Origin: Planctomycetota bacterium
Lineage (GTDB): Bacteria > Planctomycetota > UBA8108 > SXIK01
NCBI GenBank assembly: GCA_965223845.1
Contig: CBDCXR010000004.1
Coordinates: 5,376,001 to 5,440,000, forward strand
Direction of reading: 5' to 3'
DNA length: 64,000 bases
Below the pieces are notes generated by a model. The model was not told the origin of the DNA and made no database searches. It saw only the letters and a program-made list of their open reading frames with translations. The stretch's first letter is position 1, and each line of letters begins with the position of its first letter. The translations under genes and the position numbers were made by a program. Shown one piece after another: positions 1-10,617 of this stretch.

Positions 1-216
1 GGGTGATCATCTCCGCGTTGAGGTAGGATCGAGGCGCGGCGGTCGGCGAACCGCGCGTCCGCCGAGGCGCTCACGCACCATCGCCGCGGCGAGCCCTCGC
101 ATCATACCCAACGAAACTGCTCTGAGCGGTGCCGGATCGAGGCTCGCGCTCGAGGAGATTGACGTGGCGGCGCTCGGTGCGCATCTTGCGCGTGCGGAAC
201 GTCCGGAGGAGATCAT

Positions 217-909
217 TTGGATGTACTGATTCTCGGAGGCATTTGGTACGCCGTGTTCGTCGCGTCGGCGGTGGCGCACGAAGTCGCTCACGGTTTGGTC
301 GCGCTCAAGCTCGGCGACCCGACGGCGCAGCGGGAAGGTCTCCTCACTCTCAACCCGGCCCCGCACATCCGGCGGGAATCGACCGGGATGGTCGTGGTTC
401 CGATCGTCTCGTTTTGGCTCACGAGCTACTCGTTCATGCTCGGATGGGCGAGTGTTCCGATCGATCCTGTCTGGGCCCGCGACCATCATCGGCGGGCCGC
501 GCTGACGGCGCTCGCCGGGCCGCTCGCGAACCTCGCTCTCGTCGTCGTCGCCGCGCTCGCCATTCGCGCGGGCATCGCCGCGGGGATCTTCGGAGAGTCC
601 GGCGGACGCAGCTTCGATGGCGTCGCGAGAGCGCTCGATCCGGGCTGGACGCGTTGGCTCGCGCTGGGGCTCAGCATTCTCTTCAGCCTCAATCTCCTTC
701 TCTGCGCGTTCAATTTGCTTCCGGTCCCGCCGCTCGATGGCAGTACGGTGATTCTCTTCCTCCTACCGAAGCCCGTCGCGGGAACGCTCCAGGGTCTGAT
801 GCGGCTCCCCTTGGTCGACATCATCGGGATGATCGCGGCGTTCTTCCTCGTGCGAGATTATTTCGCGAGCTGGGTATTCCATCCGGCGTTTCGCCTCCTC
901 TACCCCTAG
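217..909 (+). CDS. Site-2 protease family (M50) intramembrane zinc metalloprotease
   Basis: HEVAH (HExxH) in a TM helix plus NLLPVPPLDG motif; multiple hydrophobic segments; TTG start with GGAGGA RBS at 205-210. Confidence 0.92.
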   Translation: MDVLILGGIWYAVFVASAVAHEVAHGLVALKLGDPTAQREGLLTLNPAPHIRRESTGMVVVPIVSFWLTSYSFMLGWASVPIDPVWARDHHRRAALTALAGPLANLALVVVAALAIRAGIAAGIFGESGGRSFDGVARALDPGWTRWLALGLSILFSLNLLLCAFNLLPVPPLDGSTVILFLLPKPVAGTLQGLMRLPLVDIIGMIAAFFLVRDYFASWVFHPAFRLLYP

Positions 910-928
910 TCGATGTCGAGCCCGATTC

Positions 929-1396
929 ATGAAGCGCTACTGGCTGATCAAGAGTGAACCCGACGCATTCTCCATCGATGACCTCGAGAAGAAGGGCAGT
1001 ACGAGCTGGGATGGCGTACGAAACTACCAGGCGCGGAACTTCATGCGAGACGACATGAAGCTGGGCGATCTTGCGCTCTTCTACCACTCGAGCACGAAGC
1101 CGCCGGGGATCGTGGGTGTCGCCCGCGTTTCGCGGGAGTCCTACCCCGATCACACGCAGTTCGACAAGAAGAGCAAGTACTACGACCCGAAAGCGAAGCG
1201 AGACGATCCGACGTGGTACATGGTCGACTTCGAATTCGTCGAGAGATTTGAGCGCGTCTTCACACTCGACGACTTGAAGGCGACCGAAGAACTCGAGGGG
1301 ATGCTCGTCACGCGGCGCGGGCAGAGACTCTCGATACAACCGGTCGAGCCCGAGCACTTTCGGGCGGCGCGCAAGCTAGCCCGAGCGGCGCGGTAG
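929..1396 (+). CDS. EVE domain-containing protein (THYN1-like)
   Basis: [23 protein letters not shown] and RLSIQPV signatures of the EVE domain. Confidence 0.95.
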   Translation: MKRYWLIKSEPDAFSIDDLEKKGSTSWDGVRNYQARNFMRDDMKLGDLALFYHSSTKPPGIVGVARVSRESYPDHTQFDKKSKYYDPKAKRDDPTWYMVDFEFVERFERVFTLDDLKATEELEGMLVTRRGQRLSIQPVEPEHFRAARKLARAAR

Positions 1397-1613
1397 AGGC
1401 GAGCTCGCAGCCTGCATTTCAGACCGAAATCGCGCCGAGTTGCGGGCGCGGAGGACGCCACCGAGTAGCTTCCCTTCGCGCGGGGAATCGGGTACGCTCC
1501 CTGGTTCCTTCTATCGGCGAACAGAGAACCAAACGGCGACCTCTCCCAGCGGCGCGGCTCGGTGTCGGGCGCGTGCGCATCCGGTCGTAGAGGCCCGACA
1601 ATGGAGATCCTTC

Positions 1614-2651
1614 ATGCCCCTCGTACCCATGCGTCAGTTGCTCGATCACGCGGCCGAAAACGACTACGGCCTCGCGGCGTTCAACGTCAATAACATGGAG
1701 CAAATCCAGGCGATCATGGAGGCGGCGGAAGAGACGGACTCCCCGGTGATCGTCCAAGCTTCGCGCGGGGCGCGTTCGTACTCGCAGGACGAGTACCTGC
1801 GCCATCTGATGCTCGCCGCGGCCGCGCTCTACCCGCGGATTCCGATCGCGATGCACCAGGATCACGGGAACAGCCCCGCGACGTGCAAGAGCGCGATCGA
1901 AATGGGGTTCACGTCCGTGATGATGGACGGTTCGCTGGAGGAAGACGGAAAGACCCCGGCAGATTTCTCCTACAACGCGAACGTCACGCGGGAAGTCGTC
2001 GAAGCGGCGCATCGAGTGGGCGTCACCGTCGAGGGAGAACTCGGCTGTCTCGGTTCGCTCGAGACGGGGATGGGCGACAAGGAAGACGGTCATGGAGCGG
2101 AAGGTCAGCTCTCGGAAGACCAGCTGCTCACGGATCCGGCTGAAGCCGAAGACTTCGTCGCCAAGACCGGCGTCGACGCGCTCGCGGTCGCGATCGGAAC
2201 GAGCCACGGCGCGTACAAGTTTACGCGCGAGCCGGACGGCGAAATCCTCGCGATGGAGCGGATCCGTGAAATTCACCGTCGACTTCCGAACTGCCACCTC
2301 GTGATGCACGGTTCGTCGTCCGTGCCGCAGGAGCTCCAGGACATCATCAACGAGTACGGCGGAGAGATCCGTCAGACCTGGGGTGTCCCGGTGAAGGAGA
2401 TTCAGGAAGGGATCCGTCACGGAGTGCGCAAGGTGAACGTCGACACCGACAACCGTCTGGCGATGACGGGCGCCGTGCGCAAGGTGCTCCACGAAAGCCC
2501 GGAGAAGTTCGACCCGCGCGACTGGCTGAAGCCCGCGCGCGCGGCGATGCGGCAGGTGTGTGTCGACCGCATGGTGGCGTTCGGTCAGGCCGGGAACGCG
2601 AGCAAGATCAAGCCGATCAGCCTCGAGGAAATGGCGAAGCGTTACGGCTAG
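1614..2651 (+). CDS. fba: Class II fructose-bisphosphate aldolase (Calvin-cycle/proteobacterial-type subfamily)
   Basis: [58 protein letters not shown]; ATG at 1614 with GGAG upstream (the track's ORF start at 1440 is too early). Confidence 0.96.
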   Translation: MPLVPMRQLLDHAAENDYGLAAFNVNNMEQIQAIMEAAEETDSPVIVQASRGARSYSQDEYLRHLMLAAAALYPRIPIAMHQDHGNSPATCKSAIEMGFTSVMMDGSLEEDGKTPADFSYNANVTREVVEAAHRVGVTVEGELGCLGSLETGMGDKEDGHGAEGQLSEDQLLTDPAEAEDFVAKTGVDALAVAIGTSHGAYKFTREPDGEILAMERIREIHRRLPNCHLVMHGSSSVPQELQDIINEYGGEIRQTWGVPVKEIQEGIRHGVRKVNVDTDNRLAMTGAVRKVLHESPEKFDPRDWLKPARAAMRQVCVDRMVAFGQAGNASKIKPISLEEMAKRYG

Positions 2652-2867
2652 AAGCTGCGGGAGCCTGCGCAAGAAGTTGGATTCGGCCAGAAAACGGTCT
2701 GCCCCTACGGCCTCTTCGTCGCGAATCCTCGACGGTTCCTCCGGGATCGCGTGCGCTTCGCTTCGCGATTCCGACCGCGATGGTTCGTGTTCCGGCCTCG
2801 GATCGATTCTTGCGCCGGCTTCTAGCTCGCTACCCGTCGTCCGAAGCGCGACGATCTCGGGCGGCAG

Positions 2868-3476
2868 ATGACTGAGCTCCGATCTTGCGTCAAGCTTCTC
2901 GGAGCGTGGGTCATCGCGGCGTGGGTCGTCGAGGCGATCGACGTGATCGTGCTCGGCCGGGCTCTCGATGCGTTCGGCATCCGTCCCTTAGACCCTTGGG
3001 GCCTCGTCGGGATACCGCTGTCGCCGCTCCTCCATAACGGATTCGGGCACCTGGGTGCCAACACGGTGCCGTTCGCCGTTCTCGGGGGGCTGGTTCTCTT
3101 TGGACCGCACGGCGATTTTCTCCGCGCGAGCCTCACGATCATCTTGATCGGCGGCCTCGGGGTCTGGGTCGTGGGCGATCTCTTCGGCCCCGGCAACACG
3201 GTCCATATCGGAGCGAGTGGGCTCATCTTCGGATACTTCGGATTCCTTCTCGCACGTGGGTTCTACGCGCGAACGTTCAAGGCGGCGCTGATCGCGGTCG
3301 GAGTCGCCGTAATCTACGGCGGACTCGTCTTCGGCGTTCTTCCCGGACAGGATGGCGTCTCGTGGCAGGCCCACCTGTGCGGGTTCCTCGCGGGGATTCT
3401 GGCGGCGCGCCGCCTGAGCGTGCCGGGTCGAAAGACGCGGGAGACCCTCGTGCGCGGACCACGCCCTCGCACCTAG
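2868..3476 (+). CDS. Rhomboid family intramembrane serine protease
   Basis: HxxxxHxxxN (LHNGFGHLGAN), GASG catalytic Ser motif, WQAHLCG catalytic His; about 6 TM segments. Confidence 0.92.
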   Translation: MTELRSCVKLLGAWVIAAWVVEAIDVIVLGRALDAFGIRPLDPWGLVGIPLSPLLHNGFGHLGANTVPFAVLGGLVLFGPHGDFLRASLTIILIGGLGVWVVGDLFGPGNTVHIGASGLIFGYFGFLLARGFYARTFKAALIAVGVAVIYGGLVFGVLPGQDGVSWQAHLCGFLAGILAARRLSVPGRKTRETLVRGPRPRT

Positions 3477-3563
3477 GGCACGCGCCGCGTCGAGCCCGAA
3501 TCGCGACGCGTTTGCCGAGGCCAACATTCGGCTTAAGCGGACGGTGTGCACGGGGCGCCAAGA

Positions 3564-3618
3564 TTAGAGCCGCGTTAGAGTCGCTCGTCCCGATCGAGCC
3601 GCTCCGGCGTGCTATACT
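3564..3618 (+). promoter_or_regulatory. Putative promoter of the two-component operon: TTAGAG direct repeat plus extended -10
   Basis: TTAGAG at 3564-3569 and 3575-3580 (11-bp period); TGcTATACT at 3610-3618, 27 nt before the ATG at 3646. Confidence 0.45.
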
Positions 3619-3645
3619 CGCCCTTGGTCCAAAAAGGGCGCCGTC

Positions 3646-4329
3646 ATGCGAATTCTAGTCGTCGAAGATGATCGTGAACTCGCCTCGATCTTGCAGCGAG
3701 CTCTCACCGAGCAGCTCTATGCGGTCGAGACCGCGTACGACGGCGAGACCGCGCGCCATCTCGCCCTCAGCGAGAACTACGATACGATCCTCCTCGACCT
3801 CATGATTCCGCGCGTCGACGGGGTCGGAGTGTGCTACGCGCTCCGCGAAGCCGGCAAACACACCCCGGTGATCATGCTGACGGCGCGCGACGGCGTGGAA
3901 GATCGCGTGCAGGGACTCGACGCCGGCGCGGACGACTACGTCGTGAAGCCGTTCGCGATGGATGAGCTCCTCGCGCGCGTCCGCGCGCAACTTCGCCGCA
4001 CGACGAATCAAACGGAGAACGTCCTCAAGGTCGGTAGGCTGTCGCTCGATCCACGCTCGACGTGTGTCCAGTACGGCGATCGCTCGATTCCTCTGACCGC
4101 GAAGGAGTTCGCGCTGCTGCAGTTCTTTATGCAGAACCCGGACGCCGTCGTCTCGCGCACGGAGATTCTCGAGCACGTCTGGGACGCGAACTACGACGGT
4201 TTCGGCAACGTCGTCGACGTGTACGTGAACTACCTCCGGAACAAGCTCGAGAGCGAGGGCGAGCCACGCATCATCCTCACGGTGCGCGGACGCGGGTATC
4301 TGCTGAAGCAGAATCATGAAGTCGCTTAG
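3646..4329 (+). CDS. OmpR/PhoB-family response regulator
   Basis: [15 protein letters not shown] phospho-acceptor Asp, [10 protein letters not shown], winged helix ([13 protein letters not shown]...TVRGRGY). Confidence 0.96.
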   Translation: MRILVVEDDRELASILQRALTEQLYAVETAYDGETARHLALSENYDTILLDLMIPRVDGVGVCYALREAGKHTPVIMLTARDGVEDRVQGLDAGADDYVVKPFAMDELLARVRAQLRRTTNQTENVLKVGRLSLDPRSTCVQYGDRSIPLTAKEFALLQFFMQNPDAVVSRTEILEHVWDANYDGFGNVVDVYVNYLRNKLESEGEPRIILTVRGRGYLLKQNHEVA

Positions 4330-6142
4330 CATCACGAAGCGACTGACACTGACCTTCGCCGTCATGACCGCCGCGGTCGTGGTCCCGGCGAGCGTGGCGC
4401 TCTACGTCAGCGTCGCCCGCGCCTACACCGCGGAGAGCATCGAGAAGGTCACCGATCGAGCGAACTCCGTTGCGCGCTCGATTCTCGGGCAATTGGACGA
4501 GGAGATCTTCATCGAGTTCGAGGGTCAACCCGTTCAGTTCCCTCAGCTCCGCGCCGACGCTGAAGACTGGGCGATCGTTCGGGGCGATGGAACGATCGTC
4601 GAACACTTGAGCGGCGTATTCTCCGACACGATACGGGCGGAGGAACGATCTCCGCTCGAGCCGATCGCCGTGAACGGACGTACCTTTCGGGTGACGGCGA
4701 TCCCACTCGTTCACACCGATCACATTCCGGTCGAAGACCTTCCGCCACTCATCCGATCCGCGGCGGCGGAGTACTATCCCGACGCGAAGTACTTGACGGC
4801 AGTGCGGGCGATCAGCAAGGGGCAGAACATCGTCGAGGTGCTGAAGCTCATCGGAAATCGTGTAGCGGAGATCAAGCTCTTTGAATCCGGGGATCTCCGG
4901 AACATCGGGAGCGATCGCCTGCCGGACGAGTTCGATCGAGCCTTTCTCCGCTTCGTGCCGCTCCACCGGCGCCCCGTCGCCGATCTCGAGCTGACGTGGA
5001 CGTCGCACGCCGGGCAATTGATCGCGATCGTGAGCGGAACGACCTCGGAGGGAAGGCCGGAGACGTTCGCGATGAATCGACTCGGCGAGTTGTTCGAGCT
5101 GAATGCAAACGGCGAGGTCGAAGGAATCGAGAGCGACTCGCAACTCTTCGTTCTCGCGGCCGTCGACATCGAAGGCGAGCTCGCGCGGAAGCGCACTCTC
5201 CTCATCGGACTCGCTCTCGGCGGACCACTCGTCTGGCTCGGGCTCGTGATGATCGGCTGGTTCGTCGCTCGGAGAGCGATGTCTCCTGTCGGTGGAATCG
5301 TCGAAGCGACGCGACGGATTCATCTCTCGGACCTCGCCGATCGCGTTCCGGTGGGGAACGCGGACGACGAGCTGTCACGGATCGCCACGACGATCAATGA
5401 GATGCTGGATCGACTCGAAACCGGATACCGGCGCGAGCGACAGTTCACCGGCGACGCGTCGCACGAGCTGCGGGGCCCGCTCACGAAGATCCAGGCGGAC
5501 GCCGAGCTCGCCCTGTCGCGTCCGCGCGGCTCCGAAGAGTACCGTTCGGCGCTCCGGCGAATCGACGGCTATTCGCTGCACATGAAGAGACTGGTCGAGT
5601 CGCTTCTTCTCCTCGCGCGACTCGACGGAAACCAGGAGCGACTGAAAAAGGATCGATTCGACCTCACGGAGTTGATCGTCGAAACCGTGGCAACGTTCGC
5701 CGACGACGACGCGGCGCGCATCCATCTTTCCTTCGACGGCGAGGATCCGCCGATCGTAGCCGAGGGACAGCGAAGCCTCATCGGTACCGCGCTTCACAAT
5801 CTCGTCGACAACGCTCTACGGTACAGCCCGCCGGCGGAGCCCGTAGAGGTCCGAATCCGGCGCGCTGGCTCGCGCGTCGTCATCGAGGTGGAAGACCGCG
5901 GGCCGGGACTTTCACGCGAGGACGCCGCTCGAGTGTTCGATCGTTTCTTCCGCGTGGACGCCGCGCGGACTCCTCAAGCCGGCGCTCCGAAGGCGGGCGG
6001 CTGCGGCTTGGGTCTGTCGATCGTCAGAGCGATCGCCGGCGCGCACGGAACGCACGTCGACCTCCGCGCAGCAACTCCGAGCGGAACGATCGCACGGTTT
6101 GAGCTCGCGGCTAAACCCGGAGGAGTTCGAGTGCCGGGATAG
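4316..6142 (+). CDS. Sensor histidine kinase (2 TM, HAMP, HisKA, HATPase)
   Basis: [11 protein letters not shown]-box, [10 protein letters not shown]-box, DRGPG G1, FDRFFR F-box, GLGLSI G2; overlaps the regulator by 14 nt. Confidence 0.95.
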   Translation: MKSLSITKRLTLTFAVMTAAVVVPASVALYVSVARAYTAESIEKVTDRANSVARSILGQLDEEIFIEFEGQPVQFPQLRADAEDWAIVRGDGTIVEHLSGVFSDTIRAEERSPLEPIAVNGRTFRVTAIPLVHTDHIPVEDLPPLIRSAAAEYYPDAKYLTAVRAISKGQNIVEVLKLIGNRVAEIKLFESGDLRNIGSDRLPDEFDRAFLRFVPLHRRPVADLELTWTSHAGQLIAIVSGTTSEGRPETFAMNRLGELFELNANGEVEGIESDSQLFVLAAVDIEGELARKRTLLIGLALGGPLVWLGLVMIGWFVARRAMSPVGGIVEATRRIHLSDLADRVPVGNADDELSRIATTINEMLDRLETGYRRERQFTGDASHELRGPLTKIQADAELALSRPRGSEEYRSALRRIDGYSLHMKRLVESLLLLARLDGNQERLKKDRFDLTELIVETVATFADDDAARIHLSFDGEDPPIVAEGQRSLIGTALHNLVDNALRYSPPAEPVEVRIRRAGSRVVIEVEDRGPGLSREDAARVFDRFFRVDAARTPQAGAPKAGGCGLGLSIVRAIAGAHGTHVDLRAATPSGTIARFELAAKPGGVRVPG

Positions 6143-6165
6143 TCCCCCAGGACTCGAACTAGTGT

Positions 6166-7770
6166 CTAGCCCTCCGTCACGATCACCGTCCCGCTTCGAC
6201 GCGGATCTCCCGCCCCCTCGAGCCGCCCGTCCGCCGTTCGCCGCACGGCGTGGACGCCTCCGAAAAAGAGGTTGGGGGAAGTGAACTCCTGCACGCGGGC
6301 GGCGACTCCGCGGGCCTCAGCGAGCTGCGACGCGGGGTCGTCCAGTGCGTAGGTCTCGGCGCTCAGCACTCCGTTTTCCACGTGGATCCGCGCGCGCTCT
6401 ACGCTGTCCGTCAGCGATTCGCCGTCGGCGAGCAAGCGAAGGAGAACTTGGGGAATCACCGTGCGAATACGACTCGATCCCCCGGCACCGAGCGCGGCGA
6501 CGCCGCCGCTCGGATCGACCACGATCGTCGGCGCCATCATCGTTCGCAGTCTCTCCCCCGCTCGCTCGCTTCCGAATCCGGCGGGAAACAAGTCCTCTTC
6601 CCCGAGCAGATTGTTCATGAGGATGCCGGTGCCCGGGATCTCGTAACCGTTTCCCTCGCCGTACGTCATCGTCACGGCGGCCGCGTTTCCCGCGGCATCG
6701 ACCGCACTCACGTGCGTCGTGTTTCCGGGCGTACGTCGCTCGCGACGGTCGACGGCGCTTTCGCCCGATCGAATTCGGGCGACTCGATCGTTCAAGCGAT
6801 CGCGCGCGTCCGCGCGATCGACGAGATCCGGCGTCTCAGCTCGCTCCTCGGAGATCGCTCGAAAAATCTCCGCGATGCGCCGGAGTCGGTTCGCACTCTC
6901 CGGAATACAGCCCACCACCCCGATTTTTTCGAAGCTCGAAAGTGTCGTCTCCACGAACCATCCGCCGAAGGCTGGAAGCGGTACGGTTGCGATCCGGGTC
7001 CCACAGAAAGAAAACTCGCGAGCGCGCGAGAACCGCGGCGCGTACTCGTCGAGATCGCGAGACGTGATCCTCCCGCCTCCCGCGATTCCGAACGCGTCGA
7101 GGATCGCCGGTGTGATGACGTCCGTTTCGACTGGAGACAAACCGTCGCGGGAGATCCGTTCGAGGAGCCCGGCGAGCGCTCGATTCTGCCAGAGATCGCC
7201 GACTGCTCGAGGCAGCCCCGGCTGAGCGTCGATGAGATCGCGTCCGAGAGCCGATCGTCGCAAGAACTCGGCGAGAATGGCACTGCACTCGACCTGAAAC
7301 GAGCTGAGTCGCACGCCTTCCCGGAGGAACCGAATCGACGGGGCGAGGACGGTCGAGAGCGGAAGCTTCCCCCAGCGCCGCTGCGCCGCCTCGAGTCCAC
7401 GCAGGACACCCGGGACCGCTGCTGCACCCCGTCCGATGAAGAACCTCTGCGTGGCTCCTCCGTCACCGAAATGAACATCGAACGGAATCAACTCGACGCC
7501 GCGCCGGCGCGCGGCCTCCTCGCGATCCGCCCCGAGCCCAGGAGCGGTCGAAAAGAAATCGCAAACTCCGACCTCGCCGCTCGTGCCGCATCGGTGGATG
7601 AGCAGGCCTCCACCCGCTAGGCTGACGATCGCCGGATCCCCGGCCGCTGCCGCAAACGCGCCGGCCACGGCGGCGTCCGCCGCGTTCCCGCCGCGGAGAA
7701 ACACCTCTCTCCCTGCAGCCGCCGATTGCTCCGAGCCGGCCGCGATCACTCCGATCGCTTCGACGCTCAT
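6166..7770 (-). CDS. ggt: Gamma-glutamyltransferase family protein (cytoplasmic)
   Basis: GGNAADAAVA, AVPGVLRG, NTTHVSAVDAAGN (nucleophile Thr), GILMNN, GAGDPRRSG; no signal peptide. Confidence 0.88.
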   Translation of the reverse strand: MSVEAIGVIAAGSEQSAAAGREVFLRGGNAADAAVAGAFAAAAGDPAIVSLAGGGLLIHRCGTSGEVGVCDFFSTAPGLGADREEAARRRGVELIPFDVHFGDGGATQRFFIGRGAAAVPGVLRGLEAAQRRWGKLPLSTVLAPSIRFLREGVRLSSFQVECSAILAEFLRRSALGRDLIDAQPGLPRAVGDLWQNRALAGLLERISRDGLSPVETDVITPAILDAFGIAGGGRITSRDLDEYAPRFSRAREFSFCGTRIATVPLPAFGGWFVETTLSSFEKIGVVGCIPESANRLRRIAEIFRAISEERAETPDLVDRADARDRLNDRVARIRSGESAVDRRERRTPGNTTHVSAVDAAGNAAAVTMTYGEGNGYEIPGTGILMNNLLGEEDLFPAGFGSERAGERLRTMMAPTIVVDPSGGVAALGAGGSSRIRTVIPQVLLRLLADGESLTDSVERARIHVENGVLSAETYALDDPASQLAEARGVAARVQEFTSPNLFFGGVHAVRRTADGRLEGAGDPRRSGTVIVTEG

Positions 7771-8180
7771 CCCGCTTGCCTCTTCTCGACATCGCGTCCC
7801 ATCACCGGCTCGCGAGCGTACGCTGATCTGATCCGATCTCTCCGACTGCCAAACGATTCACGCCCATAGCTCGAACCGTGCTCAAACGTTTGCTGCCGAA
7901 CCTTGAGCGGATTCCGGTGTCGACGGGGCGGACTCGCACCGAGCGAGAAGCCGAATCGAGGCGCCGCCACACTACCAAAGACCGCGCGCCGCGACACGAC
8001 GATCGCGACGCGCGCTTCGCGGCGGGCCACAGCCGGGGTGTCGCGCCTTCTGCCCTCGGCACCTCGGCCGTGCCCGCCCGCCCACCCCGGGGAATCCGCG
8101 CGAACGACATCGAATCGGAATACAATGAGTTTCGTTCGTTCTGTCGCGCTCTCGATGCATTGGGAAGCAGGGATACACGT

Positions 8181-10415
8181 ATGCTTCGATCCCCGAATCT
8201 GCGGCGAGTCTTCCGGGCGCTCGCCGCTGTGCTCGTCGCGACAGCTCCCGCGCTGGCGGCCCCCTCGAACGATCGATTCCTCGATCGCAGCCCCCTGAGC
8301 GGGCCAACCGGACGCGTTCAAGCCACGAGCGTCGACGCTACCCGAGAGCCGACCGAGCCGCTTCACTTCAACACCGGCGGGGCGTCGGTTTGGTGGACCT
8401 GGACGCCTGCGACCGACGGCGACGCGACGATCTATACCCACGGAAGCGATTACGACACCGTCCTCGCCGTCTACACCGGCTCCTCGCTCACGAACTTGAG
8501 TCTCGTCGCCGACTCCGACGACGCCTCTCTCGCCCATACGCGGAGCGCGGTCACTTTCGCGGCGAAGAGCGGCGTCGCCTATCAAATCGCCGTGGACGGC
8601 TACGATGGGCAATCCGGCGCGATCTCGCTCACCTGGTATCAACAAACGACTCCGAACGGCCGTCCTCTCAACGACGCGTTCGGCGCTCGGATCCAACTCG
8701 ACGGAGAGGAGGGCAGCGTCTTCGGCTCGACGCTTCGCGGGTCCCGCGAGCCGCGCGAACCGCTCCACGGGAACGCTCCGGGCACGGCCTCCTCGTGGTG
8801 GGAGTGGACGGCACCCGGACCCGGCGTCGCGATCTTCCACACCGGCGGCAGCAGCTTCAGCGCGAGCATCGGGGTGTACACGGGCGACGACTTCGACTCG
8901 TTCGTCGCGATCGCGGGCAACGCCATTCCCGAGCTCAACGGCTACACGTTCTTTTCCACGACGAGCGACGTGACCTACGCCGTTGCAGTCGACGGGGCGT
9001 CCGGCGAAACGGGCGTCGTCGAGCTCTCCTGGGAGTGGATTCCGAATTGTCGACCGCCGAGCGCGCCCGAGCACCCGTTTCCGCCCGATGAAACTCTCGG
9101 CGCAGGCGCGGACGTCACGCTCGAATGGAATCGATCGGTCCCCCTCGAGCTCGACGTCATCTACGGCGCCGACGATCGCAAGGAGTACTTTCAGGTCGAC
9201 GAACCCGATCTTCTCGCCGCGGCGGACGCGACGGCCGTCGTCGTCTGGAACGAATCGGTTCGCGAGAACGGCGATGGAACGGCCACCCTACTCGGCGGAA
9301 CCTTCGCCGACGAGTTCGACCTCTGCCAAGACGAGCCCTTTCGCGATCAACCGGTCCCGGGATTCTGCTCGGCGTTTCTGGTCGCTCCCGATCTCGTTGC
9401 GACCGCCGGCCACTGCGTGCTCGACATCAATGAGTGCGCCGAGGTCTCGTTCGTCTTTGGCTTTCGCCTGGAGGATGCGGCGACCGTCATTCGGACCGTG
9501 CCCGAGTCCCAGGTATACCGGTGCGCAGAGATCGTCTCGCGTGATCTCGACGACGAAAGTTCCGATTGGGCGGTGATCCGACTCGATCGACCCGTCGTCG
9601 GCATCGAGCCCTTATCCATTCGCCGAGGAGGCAAGGTGCCGAGCTCAGAACCACTCGTCCTCATCGGCCACCCGATCGGACTTCCGGTCAAGATCGCCGC
9701 GGGTGCGAGCGTACGCGAAAACGATGATCCTCTCGTGTTCACCGCGAATCTCGACGCCTACGGAGGAAACTCGGGCTCGCCGGTTCTCAGCGCGGACTCT
9801 CTGCTCGTCGAAGGAATCCTGATCGAAGGCGAGGACGACTTCGACGACGTCGGCTGTTTCCGCTCGAAGCGCTGCGCCGACGATGAATGCTCCGGGGAAA
9901 CGTCGATCCGCACAACTGCGTTCGCTCCGGTGGTTCCGAGACTGGCATCGTCCGCCGTGCACGGAGTTTTCTTCGGACGCTGCGACGAGGAGCTGACTCT
10001 CGTCGGCACGACGGCTGAAACGAAGTGGAACGCGACTGATCTCGAGCCGGACACCGCCTACTGTTGGCGGGTTTCGACGTCCAACGCCTGCGGATCGGTC
10101 GACGGCCCCACGTGGACGTTCACCACCCGCTCCGCCGAGCCGCGGTTTCGCCGCGGCGACGCCAACGCCGACGGCGGATTCAACATCGCCGATGCGATCG
10201 GAATTCTGAACTTCCTGTTCGGCGACGGCGTCGATCTTCCCTGTCCGGACGCGGCTGATGCGACCGACGCAAACGGAGTCAATATCGCCGACGGAATCTT
10301 TATCCTGAACCACCTCTTCGGTACCGGCGGGCCGCCGTTGGCGCCGTTTGAGGAGTGCGGTGTGGATCCGACTCCCGACGAATCCTCTTGCCCGTCGTTC
10401 CCGCCCTGCGGTTAG
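8181..10415 (+). CDS. Secreted trypsin-like serine protease with two N-terminal PPC-like repeats, Fn3-like domain and C-terminal dockerin-like module
   Basis: Signal peptide (...APALA|APSND); two P.ND.F...WWxWT...Y.IAVDG repeats; triad TAGHC / DWAV / GGNSGSPV; FRRGDANADG...NIADAI dockerin repeats. Confidence 0.88.
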   Translation: MLRSPNLRRVFRALAAVLVATAPALAAPSNDRFLDRSPLSGPTGRVQATSVDATREPTEPLHFNTGGASVWWTWTPATDGDATIYTHGSDYDTVLAVYTGSSLTNLSLVADSDDASLAHTRSAVTFAAKSGVAYQIAVDGYDGQSGAISLTWYQQTTPNGRPLNDAFGARIQLDGEEGSVFGSTLRGSREPREPLHGNAPGTASSWWEWTAPGPGVAIFHTGGSSFSASIGVYTGDDFDSFVAIAGNAIPELNGYTFFSTTSDVTYAVAVDGASGETGVVELSWEWIPNCRPPSAPEHPFPPDETLGAGADVTLEWNRSVPLELDVIYGADDRKEYFQVDEPDLLAAADATAVVVWNESVRENGDGTATLLGGTFADEFDLCQDEPFRDQPVPGFCSAFLVAPDLVATAGHCVLDINECAEVSFVFGFRLEDAATVIRTVPESQVYRCAEIVSRDLDDESSDWAVIRLDRPVVGIEPLSIRRGGKVPSSEPLVLIGHPIGLPVKIAAGASVRENDDPLVFTANLDAYGGNSGSPVLSADSLLVEGILIEGEDDFDDVGCFRSKRCADDECSGETSIRTTAFAPVVPRLASSAVHGVFFGRCDEELTLVGTTAETKWNATDLEPDTAYCWRVSTSNACGSVDGPTWTFTTRSAEPRFRRGDANADGGFNIADAIGILNFLFGDGVDLPCPDAADATDANGVNIADGIFILNHLFGTGGPPLAPFEECGVDPTPDESSCPSFPPCG

Positions 10416-10617
10416 GAACCGGGGTAACGGAGCGAGACGGTCGCGTCTCTGAAGAAACGCGCGTTCATTCGGCGCCCGCGAGGGCACGATCGGGCCGGTG
10501 AGCGACCACGTGTTATCGGGACTGATCGGCCCCACAGCGTCACTTCGGTCGACCCGCGTGCCGATGAACGAAGCGTCGTCGAAGATCGTCCGTCCCGAAA
10601 CTGAACGAGGATCTACC

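Noticed and set aside
929-1396. EVE protein as part of a modification-dependent defence system
   Set aside because: Stand-alone THYN1-like gene with no nuclease or toxin neighbour.
1614-2651. Calvin-cycle-type aldolase as evidence of autotrophy
   Set aside because: No RuBisCO or phosphoribulokinase in the window; this subtype is common in heterotrophs.
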